In this document: one piece after another, positions 1-9,392 of the stretch | Layout of the letters: each line of letters begins with the position of its first letter | How positions within the stretch are numbered: the stretch's first letter is position 1 | NCBI GenBank assembly: GCA_910577555.1 | Contig: CAJTLF010000009.1 | Location: 4,709-68,708 of the forward strand | Length of the DNA: 64,000 nt | Direction of reading: 5' to 3' | From: an uncultured Christensenella sp. | Lineage (GTDB): Bacteria > Bacillota > Clostridia > Christensenellales > Borkfalkiaceae | Program-made: the position numbers and the translations under genes | Notes under the pieces: generated by a model | What the model saw: only the letters and a program-made list of their open reading frames with translations | Told to the model about the DNA's origin: nothing | Databases searched by the model: none

Positions 1-888
1 AAACCCGCCTTTTTTACTTTCGTCAAGGCAATTCAGTGCAGTTTTATACCAATAAGCCGCATTTTCGTATTCGCCTTTCTTAATAAAAAATTCGCCTGTA
101 AGACAGCAGAATTCACTGCGCGGCGGGGCGTAATCGAGCGAGCGCAAAAGGCTCATACGCGCTTTTTCGGTTTCTCCGACCGCAGAATATGCACGGTTGA
201 GATTAAAGCACGCTTCGATTTTGTTTTCCAGCCAACCGTCGCCGCGAAGAAAATCTTCTAAAACGGCGATGCTTTCAAGGTACATTCCGTTGAAAAACAA
301 TTCTCTGCCGTAATAAAATTTAGCGCGGGCGTCAAGCGTTTCCCCCTGCGCAAGCTTACTCTGATAAATTCTGAGATTGCGGAGCGGCTCGCCTGGCTTT
401 ACTTTTCTGTGCTCCACTACCGCCGACGAATATACGATATTCCCGCAAGGCGTAACCGCTTCGTGAACCGCGCCCGAAAACCTGTAATTTTTCGAACGGC
501 GGAAAATGCGCTCGCGATAATACGTGAACGACGGTTTATCGCCGTCGAAAGCGGCGGCGTACGGCAAAAACGCCATATCGAAGCCGCCTTTTTCAACCAG
601 TTCACGGATTTTTTTGCAGTTTTCGTCGCTTATTACGTCGTCTGCGTCCAACCACATTACGAAATCGCAACCCGCTTTTTCGAGAGAAAAATTCCGCGCT
701 GCTGAAAAGTCGTCGTTCCATTTGTAAAAATAAACTTCGTCGGTAAACTTTTTTACTTCGGCGACCGTTCCGTCCGACGAACCGGTATCCACGACGATTA
801 TCTCGTCGGCAAATTTAGCCGCACAGTTTAAACAGCGGGCTATCACCGCTTCTTCATCTTTCACGATAAGGCACACGCTTAAAGACAT
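1..888 (-). CDS. Glycosyltransferase family 2 protein with helical (TPR-like) C-terminal region; 3' end runs off the window
   Basis: Absent from the ORF track because it leaves the window. The reverse complement reads ATG at 888-886, then MSLSVCLIVKDEEAVIARCL..IVVDTGSSDGT..FVMWLDADDV (GT2 DxD-type motifs), then a repeat-like tail. 296 codons stay open to position 1. Confidence 0.7.
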   Translation of the reverse strand, partial: MSLSVCLIVKDEEAVIARCLNCAAKFADEIIVVDTGSSDGTVAEVKKFTDEVYFYKWNDDFSAARNFSLEKAGCDFVMWLDADDVISDENCKKIRELVEKGGFDMAFLPYAAAFDGDKPSFTYYRERIFRRSKNYRFSGAVHEAVTPCGNIVYSSAVVEHRKVKPGEPLRNLRIYQSKLAQGETLDARAKFYYGRELFFNGMYLESIAVLEDFLRGDGWLENKIEACFNLNRAYSAVGETEKARMSLLRSLDYAPPRSEFCCLTGEFFIKKGEYENAAYWYKTALNCLDESKKGGF

Positions 889-960
889 ATTACAGTTTAT
901 GCGTCAAAAAAACGGGAAGTTCGGAAATTACGCGTAATTTTTCCGTGTTTGCCGCAATTT

Positions 961-990
961 AAAAAAATCGGACTGTTCGTCCGATTTTTT
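961..990 (-). terminator. Intrinsic terminator after the 997-1548 gene (hairpin flanked by A and T runs, so usable in both directions)
   Basis: aaaaaaa-TCGGAC-tgtt-c-GTCCGA-tttttt. Confidence 0.7.
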
Positions 991-996
991 ATAAGT

Positions 997-1548
997 TTAT
1001 ATTGAATGCTTTGCCACGCAGTTAAGCGAAAACGTTGCCACGTGCAACGACTTTTCGTCCGTGACCTTGAAACGCATACGCGCGGTTTTGCCGTCGGGAT
1101 TGGTCGCCGTGCAATCGAGAGTTACGAAGCCTGCGACTATGCTCAGTTTTGCAACCGTCTTTTCGTTGCGCGTTACGAAATAGGAATAAGGCGAAACCTT
1201 CAGGGCAACGCCTTCAAGCGAACGCATTGCCGAAACGAGCGTTGAAAAATAGGATTTTTCCTTTTCAGAAAGCTTTGCTTTTGCGTCTGTGAGAGTAAGG
1301 CGCGTGCCGCTTTTCCTTTCCGTTTCGGTCGCGGGGACCGGTGTTTCGGGTGCGGGCGACGTACGTTCAATTGGTTCGGGGAACGCCTTTTCTTCGGCGG
1401 GATTGGTTTCCGTGCGCACGGCGGACGGCGCGGAAGATTTAACCGCGGATTTCTTGCGCCGAACTGCTATTACCGAAACGGTTATGATAACCGCGATTAA
1501 CACTGCGACGCAAATTACTGCAATGATTATCTGAAAATACAACGGCAT
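997..1548 (-). CDS. Hypothetical membrane-anchored protein (N-terminal TM helix, Pro/Glu/Thr-rich linker, about 100-aa C-terminal domain)
   Basis: ORF track 183 aa. The hydrophobic segment IIIAVICVAVLIAVIITVSVIAV is followed by RRKK. RBS-like aaggagaagg lies upstream. No family recognised. Confidence 0.5.
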   Translation of the reverse strand: MPLYFQIIIAVICVAVLIAVIITVSVIAVRRKKSAVKSSAPSAVRTETNPAEEKAFPEPIERTSPAPETPVPATETERKSGTRLTLTDAKAKLSEKEKSYFSTLVSAMRSLEGVALKVSPYSYFVTRNEKTVAKLSIVAGFVTLDCTATNPDGKTARMRFKVTDEKSLHVATFSLNCVAKHSI

Positions 1549-1662
1549 ACCCTTCTCCTTAAAGCGCGCAACCGTAAAAGCGGGCGGCGCGCAAAATCAT
1601 AGCTTATTACTATAATATGATTTAATATCGGTATGCCGTACAGTATATTCTGAATTTTTTTA

Positions 1663-4212
1663 TTATTTGGTTATTTTTTCGGGTGTTGCGGTAAATTCGT
1701 ACTCTCCGCCGCAGACTTCGGAAACTTTACCGTCGGGCAAAACTATAGTTGCAACCGTGCCGCAAGGAACTTTTACGCGCAGTACGAAGTTGTTTCCGTC
1801 CAGCTTCCAATCGCTCGATATCACGCCGTAAGGGGTGTTGACTTCGCCTTTGGCAAAAGTTATACCGCCGCCGAGCAGGGGCGCGATGCGGTAGGTTTTA
1901 TAACCGCCCGAAGTGGGCTCTATGCCCGCAATTCTCCTGTATAAGAAGTCGCCGACCGCGCCGAAGGCGTAGTGGTTGAATGAAATCATTCCGCCCGTAC
2001 CGTCGTTGCCTATGGGGCACTGACCGTTTTCGTCCAATCCGTCCCAACGCTCCCACACTGTGGTTGCACCAACCTTAACTTCGTAAAGCCACGAAGGGCA
2101 CTCGGTATTGAGCAACGTTTTAAAAGCCGTTTCGGCTTTACCGTTATCCGCGAGCGCAAAGAGAATATACGGCGTGCCGGGGAAACCCGTACCTATACGG
2201 TAATTGTTTTTTATTATAAGCTTTTCGAGATTTTCAGCCGCCTTTTCCCTTGCCGCGCCTTCGAACATATCGAAATAGAGCGGCAATACGTAAGCCGTCT
2301 GGAACTCGTTTTTGAGTTTGCCGTTGCCGTCCGTAAATACGTCCAGATACGCTTTCGAAACCTTTTTGCTGATTTTAAGATATTTTTTTGCGTCGTCCTT
2401 TTTGCCTAAAATTTCCGCGATACGGGAAAGCAGACAGGATACGTTTTTAAGGCTTGCCGTCGCCGTCCATTTGGAGCGAGCCTGCCACTGCGACATTTTA
2501 GGCACGTCGGGCGCAACCCAGTCGCCGAAGTGAAACATTGCGGGAGTATGCCAGATATAGCGGTATTTACCTACACCCCAAATATTTGCCCAGAATTTGC
2601 AAGCCTTGAAATACTTTTGCATCATGGGATAATTTTTACGCAAAATTTCCTTATCTCCGCGCGCTTTGTATTCCGCCCAAGGCACTAATACGCACGCGTC
2701 GCCCCAGAAATCAACGGGGATTACCGTGGGCATAGTCGTAGGGAAACCGTAGCCCTGCGACGGTATAGTATTCGGCAAACTGCCGTTGCCGTGCTGTTCG
2801 GCGCGCATATCTTTTAACCACTTGTAAAAGAACCGCGAAGTATCGAAATTATAGCACGCCGTCTGCGCAAACACCGCTATATCCCCCGTCCAACCCATTC
2901 TCTCGTCCCTTTGCGGGCAGTCCGTGGGTATATCGACGAAGTTGGATTTCGCGCTCCATACAATATTTTGGTTGAGCTTGTTCAACAGCTCGTTCGAGCA
3001 GGTAAAGCTGCCGTTTTGCGCAACCGACGAATAGAGAGCGTACGCGCAAATTTTTATATCTTTTTCGTCAACGCCCTTAACGGACGCGTAACGGAAGCCC
3101 ATATAAGTAAACGCGGGCGAATAAGTCTGATTGCCGTCCTTACAGATATACGTTGCCGTGGCTTTGGCGGTGCGAAGAAAAGTAGTGTTCAGCGAGCCGT
3201 CTTTATTGAGAATTTCGGCGTGGCGAACGGTCATAACCTGTCCCGCACTGCCTTTCAGTTCAATTTCCACCACGCCCGCAAAGTTCTGACCGAAATCGTA
3301 AATAATTTCGTCGCCGAGCTTTGAAACGGACACGGGCAGAAATTTTTCGTGACGGGTTACGGGCAAACCGTACTGAGCAACTATTTCGGGCTTGATTTTC
3401 ACTTTTTCAAGACTTGCCGCGCGCCACACTATTTTGTCGTAGTCCACCGTAGCGTCGTAAATTTCGCCGTCGTAAAAATCTGCGAGCTTATATGCGCCGT
3501 CGCGCGTTACCCGCCAGCTTTCGTCGGTTGATATTACCCGTTCGGTGTTATCTTCGAAGGTTACTCTCAACTCCAAAAGCAACGCCTGTCTATCCGCCGT
3601 TATGCGGTTGTTGCGAGTGAATATGAACGAACCTACAGCCCAGCCGCCCGCAACCACCGCCGTCAGCGAATTGTTCTGCCGCACGCTTTGGGTTACGTCG
3701 TAAGTCTGATATTGCAGTTGCGATTTATAGGTAGTAAAGCCGGGAGCAAAGTAATCTTCGCCGACGCGCGAGCCGTTTAAATACAGCCCGTATATTCCGA
3801 TTGCGGTGGAATAGATTACCGCCGACTTTACGGGTTTTTCAAAATCGAAATCTTTTTTAAAGGTTAAAGGAACGGGCGAAACCTTTTTTTCTTTGAACTT
3901 ATACTGCCCGTCCGTTATCCATTTGCCGACCCACGGAGTTTTTAATCTGCCAGTGGAAAAACACAGAGTTTTCTTATCCGAATTTCCCTTGCCGTCCTTT
4001 ACCGTGAGTACCGATTTGTATTCGGTAAACGGCGAAAGAGATAACCCCTGCGGTCTTACGGCGACCTGAGAGAGCGCGTTGAACTTTCGTCCGTTTATAT
4101 CTATTTCCGCAAAGGAAAGCTCTTCCCCTTCGTACGAGAAACCGAAAACGGGCAACTCGTCCGTCACGATATTTTCTTGCGTTCCGTTTTGGGTAAACGT
4201 TAAAATTTTCAT
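1663..4212 (-). CDS. Alpha-L-rhamnosidase (GH78), apparently cytoplasmic (no signal peptide)
   Basis: GH78 hallmark block FVDIPTDCPQRDERMGWTGD, plus the size and overall layout. The ORF opens at TTG 4224, but ATG at 4212 (MKILTF) is the more likely start. Confidence 0.85.
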   Translation of the reverse strand: MKILTFTQNGTQENIVTDELPVFGFSYEGEELSFAEIDINGRKFNALSQVAVRPQGLSLSPFTEYKSVLTVKDGKGNSDKKTLCFSTGRLKTPWVGKWITDGQYKFKEKKVSPVPLTFKKDFDFEKPVKSAVIYSTAIGIYGLYLNGSRVGEDYFAPGFTTYKSQLQYQTYDVTQSVRQNNSLTAVVAGGWAVGSFIFTRNNRITADRQALLLELRVTFEDNTERVISTDESWRVTRDGAYKLADFYDGEIYDATVDYDKIVWRAASLEKVKIKPEIVAQYGLPVTRHEKFLPVSVSKLGDEIIYDFGQNFAGVVEIELKGSAGQVMTVRHAEILNKDGSLNTTFLRTAKATATYICKDGNQTYSPAFTYMGFRYASVKGVDEKDIKICAYALYSSVAQNGSFTCSNELLNKLNQNIVWSAKSNFVDIPTDCPQRDERMGWTGDIAVFAQTACYNFDTSRFFYKWLKDMRAEQHGNGSLPNTIPSQGYGFPTTMPTVIPVDFWGDACVLVPWAEYKARGDKEILRKNYPMMQKYFKACKFWANIWGVGKYRYIWHTPAMFHFGDWVAPDVPKMSQWQARSKWTATASLKNVSCLLSRIAEILGKKDDAKKYLKISKKVSKAYLDVFTDGNGKLKNEFQTAYVLPLYFDMFEGAAREKAAENLEKLIIKNNYRIGTGFPGTPYILFALADNGKAETAFKTLLNTECPSWLYEVKVGATTVWERWDGLDENGQCPIGNDGTGGMISFNHYAFGAVGDFLYRRIAGIEPTSGGYKTYRIAPLLGGGITFAKGEVNTPYGVISSDWKLDGNNFVLRVKVPCGTVATIVLPDGKVSEVCGGEYEFTATPEKITK

Positions 4213-4239
4213 AATTGACCCCAATATATGCTTGATTTA

Positions 4240-4268
4240 ATTATAATTCCAAAATAAAGAATTTGCAA
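4240..4268 (-). promoter_or_regulatory. Sigma-A-type promoter for the GH78 gene
   Basis: On the minus strand: TTGCAA (4268-4263), 17 nt, TATAAT (4245-4240), about 28 nt upstream of ATG 4212. Confidence 0.55.
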
Positions 4269-4360
4269 GTAGTTTCGTATATTACGGCAACGGCTGCGCC
4301 GAAAACCCGACACAGCCGCCCGTAAATTTATTTCGGTTTAACCGAAACTACGATTTAGTT

Positions 4361-4900
4361 TTACGCAACCTGTGCTACCGTATCCGCTTTTTTTACCAAG
4401 CTGAAGAATACAGAAACTATACTGCCGATAGCCGCAATTGCAAAGATAATAAGTCCTGCAATAACCTGCGTGCCTACTTTAACGGCTTCGGGATAAATTA
4501 CGAGTTCTTCGTTGGAGAAGAAAGTCCAGCCAAGCCCCGTAAACGAGCCGTACACGAAGTAGAGCATTGCCGCCATTATGAGCGCGGGGGCAACGATTCT
4601 CATTGCTCCGCCGACCGCGTCGACTACCTTACCTAATACGCCGTCAAGCTCGAACTGGCTTGCAACGATTGCGCCTACGAGAAATACCAGAGCAAGCACG
4701 CCGCAAGTAGTTACCATGGTAATCATTACGGAGTCTTCATCACGAACAGCTTCGTAGAAAGGCTGACTGCCGCTTGCAATTTCAAGATTCATACCTGCGC
4801 CGAGCGCCGCGCCGTATATTATGAGCGCGATAACCGTAAGGAGTATCGAACCCAACGTTATCCAAGTGCCTATACCCTGTTTTTTTATTAAATTCAACAT
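4361..4900 (-). CDS. Small polytopic membrane protein (4-5 TM), co-transcribed with the GH3 gene
   Basis: ORF track 179 aa, strongly hydrophobic. Its start lies 1 nt after the GH3 stop (4902 vs 4900). No family recognised. Confidence 0.6.
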   Translation of the reverse strand: MLNLIKKQGIGTWITLGSILLTVIALIIYGAALGAGMNLEIASGSQPFYEAVRDEDSVMITMVTTCGVLALVFLVGAIVASQFELDGVLGKVVDAVGGAMRIVAPALIMAAMLYFVYGSFTGLGWTFFSNEELVIYPEAVKVGTQVIAGLIIFAIAAIGSIVSVFFSLVKKADTVAQVA

Positions 4901-4901
4901 A

Positions 4902-7900
4902 TTAGTTTTCCCCCTTCTTTTCGGGCAATACTATTGACGCAACCCAAGCAAGACCTGCAAGAGCGGTGCAAATTCCGAATACCGCTTCAAGAGCGATGAA
5001 GATATTTTCCCAACCTGCCACTTCGAGAGTTCCTACGGGGTCGTGGTGGGTTATCTGATAGGGAGGTACGACAATGTCTTCACCCGTATTTTCTACGCGC
5101 TCTACGTAAATTCCCGAACCGCTGTGCGCAATGGTGTAGAGCAGATACAGAGCGGTCTGGCGAGCCTGTGCAGCAAATACAGGGTCTTTTTTAGCGTTGC
5201 CGAGCGTTATATAGCTGAATGCAGTACTAAACACAGCGTTATCGCTTACGTTGTCACCCATCGAGTACTCAGTACCATTGCCGAAACCGGCATATTCGTT
5301 TACAGTAGACATAATGAGAGCACCTACTTCATGATAACCGGCTCCCTTACCCATATCGGTAGAGATGATGCCCGTAAAGCCCCATTCGCCGCGCATTATA
5401 TTTTTAATATAGCCGACGCTGTTGGTTACGTTTGTAGCTCCTATACGAGCGAAGGACATCATTACGCCCGAGCCGTTACCTTCGTCAACTCTCAACGCGC
5501 CTTCGTAGCAACGGGTATCCGTTTCGCGCACCTTCTGTTCGGTCATATAACACGCATTACCTTCACGGTTTCTTTCCTGGTCGTTAAAGCCCATATGTTT
5601 AGGACCGCAGATTGAACCCTTTGAAACCGCGCCGCGGAGCTGTGCTTCGCCTATACGGTTGGTAAGCATGGGGTCTTCCGACATATATTCGGAATTACGG
5701 CCGTTGTATGCGTGACGGTGCTGGTTAAGACCCGCGCCCCATACGGTACCTGCGTTGGTGCTGAAGGCATCGTATGCTCCCTGTTCGGAAAGCCACAGTC
5801 CGCCTTCCCCTTCAAGCACGCCCCACTCGTAAGCAAGGTCGGGATTGAAGCTTGCTCCAAGCAACGTGTTTGACGCAAGAGCAAGATTTCTCTTAGTTCC
5901 GTCTGCAAGCGTAAGGTTCTGCGAATATCCCGCAACGCTTTCCGACTGACGACTTCCGGGATTTCCGATTTCTTCGAATATTCTGGACGAACCGCCAGAT
6001 TCACCTATGCTCGATATAGCCGTACCCAAATTGAGAGCCGCGGCAACTGCCTGCCATTCGTCGGAATTGATATCGGAGAACGCTTCGGGGTTTGTCTGTG
6101 CGACATTCATAATCCACTGCCAAACGGTTTGACCTTCGGCAAGACCTGCGGGCTTAACGCCTTCAACGTTTACCCATTTAGACGAGTCTTCTGTAGGAGT
6201 AACTTTGTACTGTGCGTTTTGAAGTTCTCTTATCCACTCTGCCTGTTTTTCCGCGCCCTCAATCGTAAATTTATTTTCGGGAGCAATGCCGCTGTCGTTG
6301 GTATAATTGGTGTAGTTCTTGGGGAAAGTTCCTTCCCAGTCACTTCTGGAAAGATAAGTTACGGTATCTTCACCCAAGAAGTAATTTATATCGGCGTTTT
6401 CCATCTGATTTCTTACTTCAACGCCGTTGGAAACAGAGAAAGTTTTGTCGTCGAACGATTTAAGCTCATCCCAGACCGCAACCCTGTTGATAGTAGTTGT
6501 TCCGTCCGTCTTATGTCCCTGTTCGGCAAGTATGTTGTTTACCGCCGCGTGCGCGCCGGCTGCCGCAGTGAACAGATAGTCGCCCTGGTCAAGCACGTAA
6601 GTGCCGGCACCGTTCAAAGCCGAAGAGTCCCAGCTTGCAAGGTATCTGGTTGGTACGGTAATCTGTATAGTTTCAGACTCGCCAGCCTTTACGCTTACCT
6701 TTTTGGAGTTAAGGAAGTCAACCGCAGACTTTTCAACCTTGTTGTCTATATCGTACTGAGTATACGGTCTGTTTACGTAGAGCTGAGCAAGGAAATAACC
6801 GTCTTCCGTACCGTTGTTTGTAACCCTGACAGATGCAGTCGTTTTACCGTTTTCGGAAAGGTCGACCTTAACGTCAAGTATTTCCTGCGTGTAGGGAATA
6901 TAGGAAAGGCTTTGACCGAAAGTAAATACTACTTCGTCCGAGTAATCCCACGCTTTACCGGTAGACGAACCGGCAGTAGATTTAGCATTATAAGAAGCGT
7001 TTACTATGGAATCGTAATAGCGGGTCTCGTAATATTTGTAACCTACGTAAACGCCTTCCGCTTCTACTATATAATTGTTGGCAAGGTAGGATATATTGCC
7101 GGTTCTTCCAAGAAGGTCGCCACCTGCGGAAATCGTATTAAGGTCTGAATATTGCTGTTCACCCATATTTATGGACGCAGGGGTATAGCTGTTGTCGTAT
7201 ACGTAAGTATCGGTAAGTCCGCCAGTGGCGTTTACTTTGCCCGCAAGTACGTTTGCAATACCCTGATACTGGTAATCGTTAGGAATACCGCAGAAGCCTA
7301 TTGCGTCTACTTCATACTGACCGCCTTCTTCTACGAGAGGTCCAAGCTCCATTGCGTTTGCGGAAACTATGAGAACTACTACCTTAGCGCATTTTTCCTT
7401 TGCGAGCTGAACGAGTTTTAACTCCGCTTCGGAAAGCGCGAGCGGGTCTTCTCCATTCGTTGCCGAGTCTACCTTATAGTTATTACCTTCGCCGCCGCCG
7501 CGACCGAGCGTAACTATACCGGTGGTTGACGATTTGTCGATATTCCAACTGTTTATAACTTCGTCTTCGGGAGCGACTTCAGGAATTGTATAAGTTATAT
7601 CAGCCCACGGAATAGGCGGGTCGCCCCAAGTAGCGCCGGGAACCCTATTACTAGGCGATGTCATTTTGCCAGTGAAGTGTTCGCTTAAAACGGTATCGTT
7701 TACGGTAATTCCGTCTATCGAATCAAACGCGGCTTTAAGAGTAATTTTATCTGAATTGTTTGCCACAACGCCGGTATGACCCGAAGGCAGGTTGTACGAG
7801 CTCCAACCGAAGAGCGCGACTTTGCTGCCTGCCGCCGACTTATTCAAAGGAAGAGCTTTAGAGCCGTTATTTTCGTCGTTCTTTAAAAGTGCAAAGCCTT

Positions 7901-8204
7901 CTTCACCCTGTTTTACAAGGTGCGACTTCAACGCATTAAAATATGCGTCGGCAGAGTCGTAATCCTTCTCATAGTTCTTGCCTTTGAGATAGGAATAACC
8001 TTCTAACGAGCCGGGGATAGTGTATCCGGGAACGTCTTCCACCCAATCATTATAAATTGTACGGTCAACGTTGAAATAACCGTCCACCCAGCCGATTGCC
8101 AATTCCGACTTAGCGATGCCGTAGCCGACCGTTGACAAGGTGAGAAGTGCAGCCGAAGTTGCGGCTATGCCACGGAAAATCGGCTTGAGTTTCTTTACTT
8201 TCAT
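4902..8204 (-). CDS. Glycoside hydrolase family 3 (beta-glucosidase/xylosidase-like), exported, C-terminal TM anchor, reversed domain order
   Basis: N-terminal signal peptide MKVKKLKPIFRGIAATSAALLTLSTVG. FTFGQSLSY (aa 427-435, nt 6900-6926) is the motif that normally ends the GH3 C-terminal sandwich domain. GRNSEYMSEDPML, KHMGFNDQE and GFTGIISTDMG (nucleophile Asp, aa 942-952, nt 5349-5381) belong to the catalytic barrel. Terminal TM FIALEAVFGICTALAGLAWVASIV. Confidence 0.85.
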   Translation of the reverse strand: MKVKKLKPIFRGIAATSAALLTLSTVGYGIAKSELAIGWVDGYFNVDRTIYNDWVEDVPGYTIPGSLEGYSYLKGKNYEKDYDSADAYFNALKSHLVKQGEEGFALLKNDENNGSKALPLNKSAAGSKVALFGWSSYNLPSGHTGVVANNSDKITLKAAFDSIDGITVNDTVLSEHFTGKMTSPSNRVPGATWGDPPIPWADITYTIPEVAPEDEVINSWNIDKSSTTGIVTLGRGGGEGNNYKVDSATNGEDPLALSEAELKLVQLAKEKCAKVVVLIVSANAMELGPLVEEGGQYEVDAIGFCGIPNDYQYQGIANVLAGKVNATGGLTDTYVYDNSYTPASINMGEQQYSDLNTISAGGDLLGRTGNISYLANNYIVEAEGVYVGYKYYETRYYDSIVNASYNAKSTAGSSTGKAWDYSDEVVFTFGQSLSYIPYTQEILDVKVDLSENGKTTASVRVTNNGTEDGYFLAQLYVNRPYTQYDIDNKVEKSAVDFLNSKKVSVKAGESETIQITVPTRYLASWDSSALNGAGTYVLDQGDYLFTAAAGAHAAVNNILAEQGHKTDGTTTINRVAVWDELKSFDDKTFSVSNGVEVRNQMENADINYFLGEDTVTYLSRSDWEGTFPKNYTNYTNDSGIAPENKFTIEGAEKQAEWIRELQNAQYKVTPTEDSSKWVNVEGVKPAGLAEGQTVWQWIMNVAQTNPEAFSDINSDEWQAVAAALNLGTAISSIGESGGSSRIFEEIGNPGSRQSESVAGYSQNLTLADGTKRNLALASNTLLGASFNPDLAYEWGVLEGEGGLWLSEQGAYDAFSTNAGTVWGAGLNQHRHAYNGRNSEYMSEDPMLTNRIGEAQLRGAVSKGSICGPKHMGFNDQERNREGNACYMTEQKVRETDTRCYEGALRVDEGNGSGVMMSFARIGATNVTNSVGYIKNIMRGEWGFTGIISTDMGKGAGYHEVGALIMSTVNEYAGFGNGTEYSMGDNVSDNAVFSTAFSYITLGNAKKDPVFAAQARQTALYLLYTIAHSGSGIYVERVENTGEDIVVPPYQITHHDPVGTLEVAGWENIFIALEAVFGICTALAGLAWVASIVLPEKKGEN

Positions 8205-8290
8205 TAATTTCCTCCTATAGAAATAATTTAAAATTTAACCTTTAAGGTCAGATTTGAGCCGCAATAAATATTAAAGCAATTAACGATTTT

Positions 8291-8360
8291 TATTAAGTGT
8301 TACGCACTTAATACGAACGGGGGCGCCCCCGTTCTGCCATTGTGATTTTATCACACATGG
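8291..8360 (-). promoter_or_regulatory. Three consecutive palindromes in the 5' leader of the GH3 operon (candidate operators or RNA hairpins)
   Basis: TATTAAGTG-ttacg-CACTTAATA (8291-8313). 20-nt perfect GC palindrome GAACGGGGGCGCCCCCGTTC (8315-8334). TGTGAT-ttt-ATCACA with flanks (8337-8360). All lie downstream of the promoter at 8386-8414. Confidence 0.5.
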
Positions 8361-8385
8361 CGTTAATATTTATCGCTTTTTCTTC

Positions 8386-8414
8386 ATACTATCACAGCAT
8401 TCAGTCATTGTCAA
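8386..8414 (-). promoter_or_regulatory. Sigma-A-type promoter (extended -10) for the GH3 operon
   Basis: Minus strand: TTGACA (8414-8409), 17 nt, TGa-TAGTAT (8394-8386). Confidence 0.6.
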
Positions 8415-8525
8415 TATTTATTCGAAAATGATTGAAATGTTGGCAATTAATCATATTTTTTATTTAAAACGCGCAAAAACAAACCAAAACGGTCACAGTG
8501 TGGGAAAATTTTTTTGTAAAAGCCG

Positions 8526-8554
8526 TTGACAACCGCTTAACCAAGTATTATTAT
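8526..8554 (+). promoter_or_regulatory. Sigma-A-type promoter for the DeoR-family regulator
   Basis: TTGACA (8526-8531), 17 nt, TATTAT (8549-8554), 33 nt upstream of ATG 8587. Confidence 0.55.
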
Positions 8555-8586
8555 AAAAGAAAAAATACGGCTGAACGGGTGAATAT

Positions 8587-9333
8587 ATGTACAGTACCGA
8601 AAGAGTTGATTTAATACTGAATTATCTTAAACTAAACAAGCGCGCGTCTATTCCCGAGCTTACGAAAGTGCTTTTTGTGAGCGAGGCGACCGTGCGGCGA
8701 GACCTTAACGAAATGCAGGCGTTAGGGCTTATTACCAGAACGCACGGCGGCGCGCTTTACGCGGAAGAATCGCAGGAGATTTCCATTTTCGTAAGAAAGA
8801 CGAAGAGCGCGAAGGAAAAGGAGCTTACCGCGTCGGTAGCGTTAAAAGTTTTACCCGATTTTCAAACCGTGTTTATAGACGACTCTTCCACCTGTTTTGC
8901 ATTGGCGGAAAGAATGAACTTTTCGCATAAGACGGTAGTTACGAACGGGTTAAGGCTCGTTTCTTATCTTGCGGAAAAGAACGACGTGCGGGTGATTTTG
9001 CTCGGCGGGGAATTGTTGCAGAACGGGAACGCCGTTTCGGGGGCGTTGGCTTTCAGGAATTTAAGGGATTTACGGATGGATTTGATGCTTTCGTCGTGTG
9101 CCGCCATTTCCACGCAGGGGACTTTCGAACACTCGACAGAAGTTATGGAGTTGAAAAATATCGCGTTCGAGCAGTGTTCACAAAGACTTATGCTTGTTGA
9201 CAGCAACAAGTTTAATTCGAAAGCTACTTACCGTACGCGACCGGTGAAAGATTACGACCTGGTTATAACGAACGCGGACGACGACGTTACAGAACCTTTT
9301 AAACAGTCGGGAGTTAAAATTATAAACGAATAA
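8587..9333 (+). CDS. DeoR/GlpR-family transcriptional regulator (sugar-phosphate-sensing type)
   Basis: N-terminal wHTH R..IL..L......SI.EL...L.VSE.TVRRDL..M, plus a DeoR C-terminal sensor domain. 248 aa. Divergent from the glycosidase operon. Confidence 0.85.
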   Translation: MYSTERVDLILNYLKLNKRASIPELTKVLFVSEATVRRDLNEMQALGLITRTHGGALYAEESQEISIFVRKTKSAKEKELTASVALKVLPDFQTVFIDDSSTCFALAERMNFSHKTVVTNGLRLVSYLAEKNDVRVILLGGELLQNGNAVSGALAFRNLRDLRMDLMLSSCAAISTQGTFEHSTEVMELKNIAFEQCSQRLMLVDSNKFNSKATYRTRPVKDYDLVITNADDDVTEPFKQSGVKIINE

Positions 9334-9344
9334 GGTTTTGCAAT

Positions 9345-9378
9345 AAAAAAAGCGGCGTTTTGAAAACGCCGCTTTTTT
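9345..9378. terminator. Bidirectional intrinsic terminator
   Basis: aaaaaa-AGCGGCGTTT-tg-AAACGCCGCT-ttttt between convergent genes. Confidence 0.8.
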
Positions 9379-9392
9379 AACGATTTTATTTA

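Noticed and set aside
6129-7148. Long plus-strand ORF (339 aa) inside the GH3 gene. Similar long antisense ORFs: 5043-5615, 22659-23528, 25302-26327, 29423-30451, 31464-32162, 32402-33055, 41245-42138, 57456-58025 and 58515-59168.
   Set aside because: All lie entirely within, and antisense to or out of frame with, genes whose products have clear family motifs. Their translations are low-complexity (Arg/Val/Phe-rich), lack RBSs, and are what a GC-rich coding strand produces as shadow ORFs.
8315-8334. The 20-nt perfect GC palindrome as an intrinsic terminator or REP-type mobile repeat.
   Set aside because: There is no U-tract on either strand, and I noticed no second copy in the window. It is kept only as part of the leader-structure finding.
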